From Utricularia gibba (lineage: Eukaryota; Plantae; Magnoliophyta), in NCBI GenBank assembly GCA_002189035.1, contig CM007989.1:2418001-2482000 (forward strand): 64,000 nucleotides of DNA. Direction: 5' to 3'. This document shows, piece by piece, positions 1 through 14,888 of this stretch (position 1 is the first letter of the stretch; each line of letters begins with the position of its first letter). Under the pieces are notes generated by a model. It ran no database searches and was not told the origin of the DNA. It saw only the letters and a list, made by a program, of their open reading frames with translations. The translations under genes were made by a program, and so were the position numbers.

Positions 1-1431
1 AATGGCATCTTCTTGAGTTTGTGTCGAAGATAACCTATCAATCTGCTTCTGCATTTGCTAGTTGGTTTCCACAACTGATTATGGGTGATCCAGGAATGAC
101 AGCATAATAACAGCCAGCAGGCCTGCAGCTCAATGCTACGTGGGTTTGGCCATTTGACCCAGCTTTCATCACCGATACCTCCCATGGAAATTCAGCATCC
201 TGGAGCCGTAAGATTACCAGAATAAAGGGCAATATTACTCCCCGAAGTTTTTTCTCCATATTCATAGCAGTTTAGCATGCAGTATCCAGGTATGATTTAC
301 GTTGACAAACTGTTTCTGAGTTGTTACTTCCCCTGCGATGTTAACATGTTGATCTAATTTATCCTGTCATCAGATTAGAAGTACTTGAATTGAACTTCAT
401 GCTTACTCATGATATTATAGGTTCAGTTTGTTGATTGTAAATCATAGATCCATCAAAATATCACATTTTCCATGTATTTTGATGAACTTCGATGAACATA
501 TCATATGAAAACTGACTTGCAGAACAACTATTAGTAGGTCAAGTACAACAACTACCTGATGCCTATGCAATCACTCCTCACGTGGAAGTCCCAACATTCG
601 ACATCATAACCTCACTCCTCAGTCTTCAAGTGCAACTGCCTTCCTTGTACTGTTTATCCCGCTTGGCAGCCCTATTTGTCTCAGATTTGAGGCTGAGGGG
701 CGTTTCTCTATCAGCATCTGCATATCTCTTATAGAACCTGCTCCTTGCAACTCGGAGGAGCTTCTGTCATTAAGGCGTGCCGTGCATTTTGCACCGAACC
801 AATCATCAGGATCACCTCGGCAACACCAAATGGGATCCTACATCATGTATTCCCGGATGTTACGTTCAGATTTTGAAAATCAATGTACTTGTGTCGTGGG
901 AGCAGCCATTCCTTCGCTTACCAGACCCTTTATCGACCCAAGTACAGAGGGCACTTATTACCAGTACCTGCGCAGCTAGAAGAAAGGAAAAGGAGATCAC
1001 CCTGAGGAATGTTGACACCTCTGAGGTGTAAGAACAATAGTTCTCAGTTCCATCAATTCACCTTGGGGATGTTCAAAATGTTGCAGAATTGACATGTACT
1101 GTAGATCAGAAGCATGAACTCACACCAGATCTTTTCTCTTTCTGCAATGAAAGCAGGGTCCAGGGATTCCAAATCCAACGCAAAAACACTCAACAGGGGA
1201 TTGGAGTTAAAGAAGTTAAAGTCTGCGTGAATCAGGATTGAGCATTTGGTTTTTTTAATAAACTGTATCCATCTACCATTGCTTACCGATCATCAAATAA
1301 TTTAGTCAAAATATTCAACTGGCAAGAGACTTTTTAAAAATTGATTCTAAATCCAAGACATTCTAAGCCTACAATGCTTCATACTACAGATTGGGAAAAC
1401 AGTATATCTTTTTTTATTATTATAAGCATAC

Positions 1432-3456
1432 TTATGGTAGCTGAATCAAACTGTTTGCAGGAGCTTTTACAAGTCCAATGCCATCCATCAGGAGCCTGAC
1501 TTTCTCTGCATCATCAAACCTTCCAACTGCAGAATAAATATTTCCCAGAAGCACATAGTTTCCTGTATTTGTTGGTTCCAACTTAAACAGCTTCCTGGCT
1601 GCCAATTCGCCAAGCTCGAGGTTTTCATGTACCACACAGGAGCCAAGCAGTGCACCCCAAACAGCAGGGCAAGAATCATAAGGCATGTTCTTGATCACCG
1701 TGTATGCCTCATCGAGCCGATTAGCGCGTCCAAGGAGATCAACGATGCAGGTATAGTGTTCACTTTGTAGACATTTTTTATGATTCTTCTGCATGAAGTT
1801 AAACAAGTCAAATCCCTCGTCCACTAGACCTGCATGCCCACAAGCATGCAGTACGGAAGTAAGGGTTACTTCATTTGGTTTAACTCCGGACTGAACCATC
1901 TCCTTGAAAAGAGACATAGCAACCTCGCCATGGCCATGCTTCCCATAACCAGCGATTATCACACTCCATGATACAATGTCTCTGTACCTCCCTGAGAGTG
2001 TATCAAACAGCTTGTGAGCATACGGCATATTTCCACTTTTTGAATATATATCCATCAAACCAGTAATGATATCAGGTTTCCTGATAAATCCTGATCTGAT
2101 CACATAACAATGGATATTCATAGCATGATGCAGATCTGCCATAATGGCATATGCAGGAAGTAGGCTTTTCCAAGTTGCGTCGTTGAGTTTCACTCCCATA
2201 AGAAGCATTTGCTTGAACAATTCTACTGCTTCTGTGACCAAATTATTTACCAGGCACCCCGAAAGAACTGCATTCCAGGGCACTGTCCTCTTCCGGCAAG
2301 TCTTTGAGAACAACCTAAAGCTTAAATGAACAGAGTTGCATTTGGCGTAGAGGTCAATTAAAGAGGTTTCAACGTTAACATCACACTCGATGAAATGGCG
2401 AATAGCCCAGCTGTGCAAGCATTTCCCAAGCCTCAAATTGTATGAATTACCACACACTGTTAAAAGCAAAGCCAGCGTAATCTCATTAGGCTTCACGCCC
2501 TTGGAAATCATCAATCTGCACAGTTCAAACGCACCTCCAGCATCTGCACTTAAAACATAGCCATTAATCATGGAAGTCCAGGAGACCACATCCTTCTCCA
2601 TCATACCATCAAAAACACAACGAGCTTTGTCCATTCTTCCACATTTCAAATACATATCGATTAAAGCGTTTTCAACAGCGAGGCTTCTTACAGCAATGTT
2701 CTCCTCAACTATTTTCTGTACTTCATTACCTGATTTCAAGTCCTTCAAATACCCACAAGCAGGTAAAATGGAGAGAACTGTCGCCGAGTCAATCCCCACC
2801 CCACTTCCCACCATTCTCCTAAATATCCTCAAAGCATCTGCAGCGCTCCCATTCCTGAAGTTTCCACTAATCATTGTATTCCATGAGACAACGGTTTTCT
2901 CCTCCATACCAGAAAAAACTGCTTCAGCACCTCGTCTGTCGCCACAATTCATGTACATTGCAAGCAACGAGTTCCCTAAAAAACAATTCATTCCAACCCC
3001 ACTCCTAACAATTAGTCCATGAACCATCATTCCTAAATCAAGTAAACCCAACTCTCCACATGCTCGAACAACAAACGGATATGTGTAGTGATCTGCCACA
3101 CAGGAACCCGACTCATGCATTTCCTCAAACAGTTCCAGCGCCATCCTAGGGAACCCATTTGAGGCATACATTTGTATCATCCCATTATACGCCACTACCG
3201 TTCGTTTAGGCAATTCATCGAACACCCTGCAAGCGTCCAGAACTTGGCCGCACAGAGCGTAAGCAGACGTCAATAAAGACAGGAAATGATTCGAGAGAAG
3301 TTCGGAGGTAATGCAACGCGCGTGAAGCTTCTTGGTCGTCCCAAGGGACTTGGTCGTGGTGGCGCAACGAAACAGCAGCGACTCGCACTGCGAAGCGGCA
3401 GTTGAGAAGAGGTGATTCAGCGCGCGAGACAACGGTAACGGCGAACATTGGCCCAT
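1432..3456 (-). CDS. PLS-class pentatricopeptide repeat protein, E subclass (At5g39350-like), intronless
   Basis: 674-aa ORF with repeated PLS motifs (VVSWNTMISG, DVVSWTSMINGY, HYTCIVDLLGRA) and an E domain (VWGALLGSCVVHENLELGELAARKLFKLEP...NYVLLGNIY); no DYW tail. Confidence 0.95.
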   Translation of the reverse strand: MGQCSPLPLSRALNHLFSTAASQCESLLFRCATTTKSLGTTKKLHARCITSELLSNHFLSLLTSAYALCGQVLDACRVFDELPKRTVVAYNGMIQMYASNGFPRMALELFEEMHESGSCVADHYTYPFVVRACGELGLLDLGMMVHGLIVRSGVGMNCFLGNSLLAMYMNCGDRRGAEAVFSGMEEKTVVSWNTMISGNFRNGSAADALRIFRRMVGSGVGIDSATVLSILPACGYLKDLKSGNEVQKIVEENIAVRSLAVENALIDMYLKCGRMDKARCVFDGMMEKDVVSWTSMINGYVLSADAGGAFELCRLMISKGVKPNEITLALLLTVCGNSYNLRLGKCLHSWAIRHFIECDVNVETSLIDLYAKCNSVHLSFRLFSKTCRKRTVPWNAVLSGCLVNNLVTEAVELFKQMLLMGVKLNDATWKSLLPAYAIMADLHHAMNIHCYVIRSGFIRKPDIITGLMDIYSKSGNMPYAHKLFDTLSGRYRDIVSWSVIIAGYGKHGHGEVAMSLFKEMVQSGVKPNEVTLTSVLHACGHAGLVDEGFDLFNFMQKNHKKCLQSEHYTCIVDLLGRANRLDEAYTVIKNMPYDSCPAVWGALLGSCVVHENLELGELAARKLFKLEPTNTGNYVLLGNIYSAVGRFDDAEKVRLLMDGIGLVKAPANSLIQLP

Positions 3457-3587
3457 TCATCCCTCACCGGAACTCTTTGCCAAAGCCTCGACTCTCGCCA
3501 GAGGCACCGGCGACAACCTTCAACAGACCGGGGCCGCCGGAGCGTGAAGCCCATACACATTCCATTAGCCGTTTTGTTATTTTAAAA

Positions 3588-3666
3588 GTGGCCCCAGGCC
3601 CATATGTCTCTTTATCTGGGCCCATAACATTATGGGCGTCCGTACGTTTCCGCTACATGGCCCAGG
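3588..3666. promoter_or_regulatory. Cluster of site II-like (TGGGCC/GGCCCA) elements upstream of the PPR gene
   Basis: Several GGCCCA/TGGGCC hexamers within about 80 bp, 130-210 bp upstream of the PPR ATG. Confidence 0.5.
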
Positions 3667-4231
3667 ATCATTTATCCCATTTCTTATGATAAATAGAAAG
3701 TATTTACACATTGACCCCATTAGTTTAATAAAATTAAAATTCATTCATTTTCTTTATGAATTTTTCCCATGTCCCACAGTACACAAATTTAGTTGTGTTT
3801 ATGCATGACGTGATTGGAACCCCTGACCTAATTAATTAAAATAATGACAAATTAAATATTCTACTTTCTAATTTAGCAATAGATTTTCCTTATTTAACCT
3901 ATGACAGCGTATTTAAAACAGCGTTGACTTTTGAACATGCAGCTAGAACTAGAATGTGATTACGTAAGGGATACCATTTCCTTTCAAAATTAATACCAAT
4001 TTAATTTTAATGAATACCCACTTGATACTATTGAATTTTTTTCCACCAATAATCCGTAAAAATGCATTTTTTACAAAAAAAAAATACCAATTACATGTTC
4101 CGAAGAAATTCTATTAATGATTGGGACGTCGTATTAATCCATCCGACAAATGGATCAAGTTTAGGATATTGTCCAAACCGAACTCAACTCATAATCTATC
4201 TAGTTTTGAATTCGATTTAATTCATTATTAA

Positions 4232-4519
4232 GGGCATGTTATGTTTTTATAATTTTTTGAATTTGTTCTGTTTAATTTTTGAAAATTTTAATTTTTAAAC
4301 GCTCTATAATAAAACCATCAATTTAGATTCTGTAATTAATTTTAAAAATTATTGAACTTATTTAATCTATGTTTCAATGATTAAATAAAAGATTATTAAT
4401 AAAATTTATATTATTTTTTATCTATTATAAAAATATATTTATATTAAACTTAACAATATTTATTTTATAATCTTAAAATTGATTTTATTGTGCACATCTT
4501 CAAATTACATAACATGTCC
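4232..4519. mobile_element. Tourist/PIF-Harbinger-like MITE (about 288 bp)
   Basis: TIRs GGGCATGTTATG (4232-4243) and CATAACATGTCC (4508-4519), 11/12 reverse-complement match; TAA flanks at 4229-4231 and 4520-4522; very AT-rich non-coding interior. Confidence 0.75.
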
Positions 4520-5081
4520 TAAATCAAATCTAAAAATTTATGAATTCAAGTTGAATCGAATCTAACAAACACTTAGGATAGAGTTTGTTTATGATGATAA
4601 GATGCTTGTTTTTATTTTAATGTGCTTTATTGGGGAGTATTATTAAGGAAAAAGAAAACAAAAACTGTATTAGATATAGTTTTGGGGTAAAAATGATATC
4701 TTGATTTTGGTAATGTTGGAAGAGTTAATTGACCTATGCAGCTCGGCAAGGAGGGAAAATAAAGCAATTAAATGAAGAAATCTCAAGGTTCCATTGAGTG
4801 ATTCAGAATGCTGAATAGCAGTAAATGGCGCTGCTACTAGGAGCTTCAGAAAGTCAACAACGGAGGTCTGTAGATTGCTGTGGAACTGTGTTGCCAGTGG
4901 GGATCAGCAAGCTTCGTTTTCGATCAAGTTTAAGAGACCGAAGTTTTGAATGATTTCTTTTCACCACACGGTTCTTTTTATGATGCAATTGCGATTGACG
5001 TCAAAAGTATCGACTTGCTTTTTGATGGGACCTTCTTTTGGATTTCAAAGCTGCAATCTTTGATCCTTATCTGCGAAGAGT

Positions 5082-7301
<2,220 letters not shown>

Positions 7302-7915
7302 AGATGAATGTTCTAGAGGATGATCCAGCAAGGTATGTGTTGAGAAGAAGCCTGTATTTTGTAGATGAGTCCTGGAGAAATGCATCCTGCAAAAACGAAA
7401 CATGCACCATGCAAACTATGGCCCACAATGGTGTGTGGCGGACTGACGGGTTTCTAGAATAAATTCTACTACAATTAAATTATAAATTAATTTTGGATTT
7501 AGTCCAAAAATTTCTATTTAAATTTTAGAAATATTAGCTCATGATATTTTGAAATTTAAAATTCATAACATTGGTTCAATAAATACAAAAAAAACATATA
7601 TTGAAAGTGGGAATAAACCCAAAATTAAAAACCATGTCATAAATATTAATTTGATATACCCAAATATTGTAATGTTTATTTTTAATATTATAAATGTTTT
7701 ATAAAATTAAAAATAAATTATATGTTATTTAATAAATAACTACATAGTTTAGTCAAATTTCAATTGTATACTTCCTACTATATAGAGACATAATAAGATT
7801 TTGAATATATTAAAATCTATTTAACGCACAAAAAATATAGAAATATCGTGGAGCCAATATCTCGGCCGAGAGCCCGCCAGTTTCCTCTTTTTTCCCGCCT
7901 TGGTTCCCCGTTTTA

Positions 7916-7924
7916 AAACCCTAA
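7916..7924 (+). promoter_or_regulatory. Telo-box (AAACCCTAA)
   Basis: Exact motif about 90 bp upstream of the ATG at 8015. Confidence 0.45.
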
Positions 7925-8014
7925 TCACCGACCGCTCTTACTCCAGTCCAGATTCAGTCTTCTCCTGGTCACTAGGGTTCCCCGTTTGTGTCTTCCGTTG
8001 CTTTATTCTTTACC

Positions 8015-8332
8015 ATGAAATCGAGATCTGGGAGCAGCAGGTACTCTAGATCCAGATCCTTCTCCGCGAACGCTGCGTTCTACACGTACCTGAAGCCTGG
8101 GGATCTAGCCCGGCTCAGGGACTCCAAAATCACCGCTAGATCTAGACAAACAGCTGCGCAAGCCGCTCTTGTTTTGATTCAGCTTAATCAGACTTCAGAT
8201 TCGGCGCCGAATTCCCCTGATTTGGCCATGGATGGAGTCCTCTGTTTCAGATCAAGATCCGCCGCGAAGTTTCCTGTATGTATCCAGCGGAAGAAGCTTG
8301 TCGCTGTGGCACCCTTTTTCTCGCAGAGTTAG
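8015..8332 (+). CDS. Small basic plant protein of unknown function (YLKPGxLAxLRD...CxQRKKL type), 105 aa
   Basis: Single-exon ORF with ATG in accATG context; motifs FYTYLKPGDLARLRDSKI and CIQRKKL resemble a conserved uncharacterised plant family (recalled, not searched). Confidence 0.6.
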   Translation: MKSRSGSSRYSRSRSFSANAAFYTYLKPGDLARLRDSKITARSRQTAAQAALVLIQLNQTSDSAPNSPDLAMDGVLCFRSRSAAKFPVCIQRKKLVAVAPFFSQS

Positions 8333-9353
8333 TTGCCGTAGAAGAAAAATTGTTTTATTGAATCGAGAATAAACATGCGTTCAGCAGTTCATTGATGATG
8401 CTGATCTTCCTCTTCGTTTACCGTTAGCTCTACTCTTCAGTTCGTTCTTTCTCTCTTTTGTAATTTTAACCGCTCGAAGAATTCATGGGGAGGTTTTGAC
8501 AAATCAATAAATGTTTCGTTCTTTCACTCTCTTATCTATATACGATCTGCTACGGTTCATCTTGAAATTGAACAGCATACATTGACCGCAGTCGATTGAA
8601 TTATCCTAATCCACGGCCGCCTGTTAACGGCCCGGCGCGTGGTGACGGTTTTTGTCGAAGGTCGAAGTCGTTACCTAGGGGTTGACGATTGCTGCCGGGC
8701 AGGAGTTGGCGCGCGGCGATGGGCGCTGTTGATGGGAGCGCCAGGAGAAAGGCGGTGAATGAATGTAAGTACAATCGGAAGGCCTGAATTTTGGAGTCGA
8801 TGATCCCAATGATTCTATAACAATGAGCCTAAAAAAAAAACCAACAAATTTTGGCGAATGTGTTTTGAGTTTAAATTTAATGGTAAAAATCAATTTATTT
8901 TGAGTGTAGACCTACATGGACATATTTTCTCTTGGATTAATAAATTACAGAATTAAATAATGTATTTGGATTTCAGATAACTATTTACAAATTTTGATTA
9001 TTTAAATGCAAAACTCAACTTTTTTAAAGAGTCAATACGGGTTGACCGTCAATAACCCGTTTTTCGCATTTTTTGTTTTTTATTTATGTGAATCAAATGT
9101 GCCTCATCCAACGATTTTCTTCGGGATAGGTGATCCCATGCTATTTCATTTTCCTTGTTTTCAACGATTCCGCTGCTGCTGCTGCGTATGCGACACTTTT
9201 TTTCCCAAACATTTCCGTATCTGAAATTGGATTTTCGAGATGCATCGGTAATTAGCTGTGTTTGCTGTTTTTTTTGTTCAAAACCCAGTTCCAAAAATGG
9301 ATTATTTCAGTATTCGGTGCCAAAATTTGCTTCCTTGCGTCTCCTCAGATAAA

Positions 9354-11407
9354 ATGGCTGTAAAGGCTGCTCCAGTTTTGGCTTATGGTGGAAGTGGGAG
9401 AGGGATTAAGTCATGCCCTGAATTTTCAGTTCCCGGGTTAATCTATTGCCGATCAAGTTTCTTAAAATTGAGAAATGAGGTGGTAGAATGGAGGTGTGTG
9501 TCTCACAATGCAAACTCCGAATTGAAAGATTTGCAAACCTCCGCGCCTGCTGCTGCTTCCGAGGAGAAGCCGCAGAATGCTTTAGCTGGGACTTTTCGTA
9601 GGGACTTGAATGCTCTCCCAAGTAAGCATCTTTATTATTATGTTGAACCTCCAAGCCGGGTGCCATTCTTTGTTCATGTAGGGAATGATGCTAAGTTAAC
9701 TCTAATCAAATGCAGAACCTTTAACTGCCTCTGATCTTTCCCTTCTTTGAATAATGACAAAAATGCTCGTATCGCATATAAGGTACTTGACATATCCTTC
9801 CACGAAAGTTGGAGACCTTCTTGTGCCAAATACTCATGTTTCACATTTTACAGGGGAATCCAGGAGCATATAGCGAGGATGCTGCTCTGAAAGCATTCCC
9901 AGGGTGCCAGACTGTACCATGTGACCAGTTTGAGTCTACGTTCAAGGTTTTGTTGGTCTCCAAAATGTGGTTGCATTCTTCTCCAGTTTCTTCTTTTTCT
10001 AACTCTGAACTTTATAGGCGGTTGAGTTGTGGCTGGTGGAAAAAGCTGTACTTCCTATCGAGAATTCGGTGGGTGGGAGCATCCACAGAAACTATGACTT
10101 GCTTCTTCGTCATAGACTGCATATCGTAGGGGAAGTAAAATTGAAAATCAATCACTGCCTACTTGGATTGCCTGGAGTTCGAACCAACGAGCTTAAACGT
10201 GTTCTGAGTCATCCAATGGTGATCATTCTTACTAGAACTCATGTTTTCCTGTTGTGTTTTACAAGTCCTGTATAGTAAGCTTAATTTAGATCAACTGCTT
10301 TGTGTAGTTCGAGTTGTATGATCTTATAAGAGGATAGAAAGTTGGAACGTCGAAAGCCGGGTTCTTTAGAACATCTGCATTCTATGCATAGTTGTTCAAT
10401 TTCATGTAGTCTACATATCACAACTCTCTTCTGCCAGGCACTTGATCAGTGTGGGATTGCTCTGATGAAACTTGACGTCGTCAGACTCAATGTGGAAGAT
10501 ACTGCCGGTGCTGCACAGGTAATGTGTTGAAAACCTTGAATCTCTTTGTGTTTCCAGCTCACATAATCTCCTAGGGCAGAGAGTTGCAACAGGAAATGCA
10601 AGAGAAAATGGATGCATAGCAAGTGCTCGTGCTGCTCAACTCTATGGCCTTGATGTTCTTGATGAAGGAATACAGGTTAGCCGAGCCTCTTACCCCTCTA
10701 TCCCTCATCAATCATCTTGGGCGCACGCTTCTTCGTTTGATGATGAACTTATCAGGATGATCCAGGCAACATTACCAGGTTTCTGATACTTGCAAGAGAA
10801 CCAGTGATCCCTGGAACAGACAGACCTTACAAGGTACTGGGTGATCTTCGTTTGATGATGAACTTATCGCATGCAAATGATCATCCTTTGTTCCAGACAA
10901 GCATTGTCTTCAGTCTGGAAGAGGGGCCTGGAGTCCTGTTCAAGGCATTGGCAGTTTTCGCAGTGAGAGACATCAACTTGCTGAAGGTAAACAAACCAAT
11001 ACCAGAACTCATTTTCCTTTCCTTTTTGCTGTTCACATAACGAAGCTGCAGATCGAAAGCCGGCCCTTGAAAATGCGCCCTCTGCGGGTTGTCGATGATA
11101 AAAACCGGGGAAGCGCAACGTAACTGCCATCCCTCTAGCTCTCTCCTTTCCCTTTCTCGGAAAAAAAAACAGAGGCGTTGATGAGATGGCTCTTGCGCAG
11201 ATACTTTGACTACCTTTTCTTCATCGATTTTGAGGCTTCGATGGCGAATCCCTTCGCGCAATCCGCCCTCGGACATCTCCAGGTGAATGAAAGCTTCGTC
11301 ATCTTCACATCTTTCACTGGCACAGCCGATAACCTCTCGTTGATCCACAGGAATTCGCCAGGTTCCTTCGTGTTCTGGGCTCCTATCCAATGGATACTTC
11401 TGCCTAA
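9354..11407 (+). CDS. ADT1: Arogenate/prephenate dehydratase, intron-containing ADT1 type, plastid-targeted
   Basis: Spliced exons give [94 protein letters not shown]; stop at 11405-11407. Confidence 0.92.
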
Positions 11408-12356
11408 GATGTATTTATTCCAATGGTGTATTCTTCATTATTCTAAAAAGATTTTTGCATTATATTCAAGATTTTTAATTTAAAAAAATTAAAAAGAAAA
11501 TAAGTCCCCAAATAACTATTTACATAATTTTTTATTATTAAATACGAATTATTCTTATTTTAAAAAAATCATTTTTTATTTTTTTAAACTATAGAATATT
11601 AATTTTTTCTTTTTCAAAATTCTTCTTAAAAAGTGATTTTGAAAAATTATACCAAATAAAGTCGACCATTTGTAAAAGGGGCATAGAATTGTTCTTGTGA
11701 TATTCATTTTGGATTAGGTATATTCATTTTTTCTGATAAGTATTCTGCATCTAATTCCATAAAGATTTATTCTTATGATATTTATGATAATCATTTTTAT
11801 CTCTATTTATTTATTTATATTTATGATATAATCAGCCTACTTTACGAAATGTCTCATCCGTCATTTGCACAATAATTGTATCATTTAAAAAATGATTATT
11901 TATCATTCCAATTATTCATATTAATGACAGTTGCAAAGCAAGTACGGAACGCTAATATGGAAATTACACTCTTGACCAGTCTCAAATAGTTAATGACAAC
12001 ACTGTAAAATTTTCTGGCTTACGGTGAGAGAGGCTATTTTGGGAAACGGAGTTTTGGAAATGACCATGGCAATGGCAGCTGCCATCCGCCTGCGCCTCGC
12101 AAAGGTTTGCAATGGTTCATTAAAGGAGTAAGAAAGGAAGAGGAAGGAATAAAGTTTGCGCCTTTTCGTGAAGGGGGTAACAAATAAGTTGCATGAATTC
12201 TAGGGAATAAAACAAGGAGAATATTGGTATATTCTGTTGTGCTGTTAGCACGTCCACAATATATGTTGTGGACGGGCGCGGATCGATCGGATTAGGGGAA
12301 GAAGATACGAGTGAAGAGGGTGAAGAATACAGCTGAAGTTCACAGGGGAGAAGAGA

Positions 12357-14277
12357 ATGTCGGAAAAAGGCAAGGAATTCAGTGAGCCCATCAAAGTTTT
12401 TCATGATAAATCAATGCGCATTCATGAATTGATTGTAATTTTAAGATGATTGTTGGCTTGGATTTTAGGGTCAGTGAGGGATTTCCTGTCTTCAGCTGTG
12501 GAAGTTGCTAAAATGGCTGGGGAGGTACCCATCCAATCAAATTCCTCCGCCTTTTATTCTCTTTGGTTTCATCATGTGTTCTGGCTGTTCCTCTCAGATT
12601 ATCCGCTCTGCGTTCTATGAAACAAAGACCGTGGAGCACAAGGGCCTGGTAACTTCTCGGCTCATCAATCTTTTTTTTTTTGTATCAATCATGATGCTTC
12701 GACTTTTCAAATTGATTCTCTCATTCTGGGCCTCTTCGTTGTGATGTTTATGAAATGTTTTTGATTGTTGTCGCGGTGGATTACTCTTTATTGTCTCGAA
12801 ACGGTAACTCTCACCATCAAGACTTTCAAAAGTAATAGTTGTGTGGTTTTTTGTTATAATGGCTTGGAGCTGATTTACTATCACAGCAAGAACAAACATA
12901 TTTGCATTTACTATTGTAGGTGGATTTGGTGACAGAGACTGATAAAAGATGTGAAAAGGTCATCTTCGAATTTCTGAAAAGAGAGTATCCTGATCATAAG
13001 GTCAGTTCCGATGTTTACAGTGTGAGCTTGGGCCGAATCAGAATTGACTCCATTATGAAAATGTTTCAGACACCATGTTTTGTATTTTCAATGTAATTGT
13101 TCGTGTGCTTGGCATACGTGTTGCTGATTTTAGTTCATTGGGGAAGAAACCACTGCTGCTTATGGTGCTACTGAGTTGACAAATGAACCAACTTGGCTTG
13201 TCGATCCTGTCGATGGAACGACTAACTTTGTACATGGGCACGTATTCTAAATGTTTTCAGTTGTTGATGAGCAAACCTCCATGCTGTCTATTTGAAAGGA
13301 AACAAAAAAATGCAGGTTTCCATTTGTTTGTGTATCCATCGGCTTCACCATTGACCGAATACCAACAGTCGGTGTTGTCTATAACCCAATCATCGATGAG
13401 GTAGGATGATTGTGCTTGTTTTGTTCCTCAACATGATTTTGGATCAAAACTTTCATGGTCTTTCTTCTGCACATAGCTCTTCACTGCAGTTCGGGGAGAA
13501 GGTGCTTTTCTCAATGGGAAACCAATCAAAGGTGCTTTGTTTGTATACATCTGAAATATTGGAGTCTGTTTCTATACTTGTTTAAAACTTGGAATTCCTC
13601 AGCATCATTGCAGAAGGAGCTTGTAAAATCCCTACTTGTCACAGAGGTGAGTACTACGTTACTGCAGAATGAATGCATCTGCAGGAGGCTAATACAGCTT
13701 TCATCTTCCCAAGGTGGGGACGAACCGTGAAAAAGCCACTGTGGATGCCACAACGAACAGGATCAACAGCCTACTCTACAAGGTGAATCTTCTAATGACT
13801 CCCACTTGTGTTTTTGCATTGTGGTCTGAAAAAAGATCATCATCTTGGGCAGGTGAGGTCGATACGAATGTGCGGCTCGTGCGCATTAGACTTATGTAGC
13901 GTTGCTTGTGGACGCATCGACTTGTTCTACGAACTCGGTTTCGGTGGCCCCTGGTAAGTGTTCTCCCAGCCTGCACCCACACCAGGAACCTTCTCCATCA
14001 ATCCATAAACAAGGTTCATGCCTTCAGGGACGTGGCTGCTGGTGCACTTATTGTTACTGAAGCAGGAGGCCTTGTATTCGACCCGTGAGTAACACGATCA
14101 CAACACCTTACTTTCTGATTGATGAAGCTATTACCAAGCTAAGCTCATTGTTTCGACATTTGTTTCCTTTCCGACAACAGCTCCGGTAAGGATTTCGACA
14201 TCACCTCTCAGAGGGTTGCAGCCAGCAACGGTGAGTTGAAAGACAAGTTCCTTGAGGCTTTGAGAGACGCAGAATGA
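12357..14277 (+). CDS. VTC4: Inositol monophosphatase / L-galactose-1-phosphate phosphatase (IMP/VTC4-like)
   Basis: Exons encode [66 protein letters not shown] and [10 protein letters not shown]; stop at 14275-14277. The ATG at 12357 is inferred from a short first exon. Confidence 0.9.
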
Positions 14278-14888
14278 GTGACGGCTGCCCCCAGATATCA
14301 ACACGCCAAGGGTGCTGAGTACTGATAAAAACAGTCCACACTTTCCAGTGAATTTCAGACAAGCATTCATGAAATTGATACAATTTATCATGATTTTATC
14401 ATAAAAAATGTATTGATTCAACTTCCATGTCCGGTTCAACCGGCGAAGCCATAGTATCATTTACAAAAGTGATCATCGAGTTGAAATAGATTTCCATCAT
14501 GTTCAACTCGAATTCAGAATTTTTTGAATTCGGGTTCAATAACCATTGTAAAAAATTTAAAAAATCTAAAAAAATGAAAATAATTCAACCCAAAACCACG
14601 GATAATCTATAGCATGAATTCAATCCGATTTTAAAACATTGGTTTACAATGTACATCTCCTCATTCATCATGTTATAATATTAAATTAAATAAATTGCAT
14701 CTGTATAGTAAACATGAAATTATTTTATATAACATTCAAAGTACTTTTATACATATATCCACATAATTAAACATAGATTAATACCCTATGCTCCAACCAA
14801 TAGGGGAGGTGTGGATAGGCTGCTTAGGTTTAAATGCTCCATTTATTTAGTATCCATATACACCAAACAAAGGTGACAGGGATGAGCA

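Noticed and set aside
1-1250. Coding-looking sequence with splice-like sites (donor at about 281, acceptor at about 537) and short ORFs
   Set aside because: No plus-strand frame stays open across the putative exons and no ORF on either strand is recognisable; probably UTR or non-coding sequence of a gene outside the window
2144-3689. Plus-strand ORFs overlapping the PPR gene, and similar antisense or alternate-frame ORFs over CDPK, RLK, JMJ24, RPS5 and Dof
   Set aside because: Shadow ORFs of real genes with no recognisable domains
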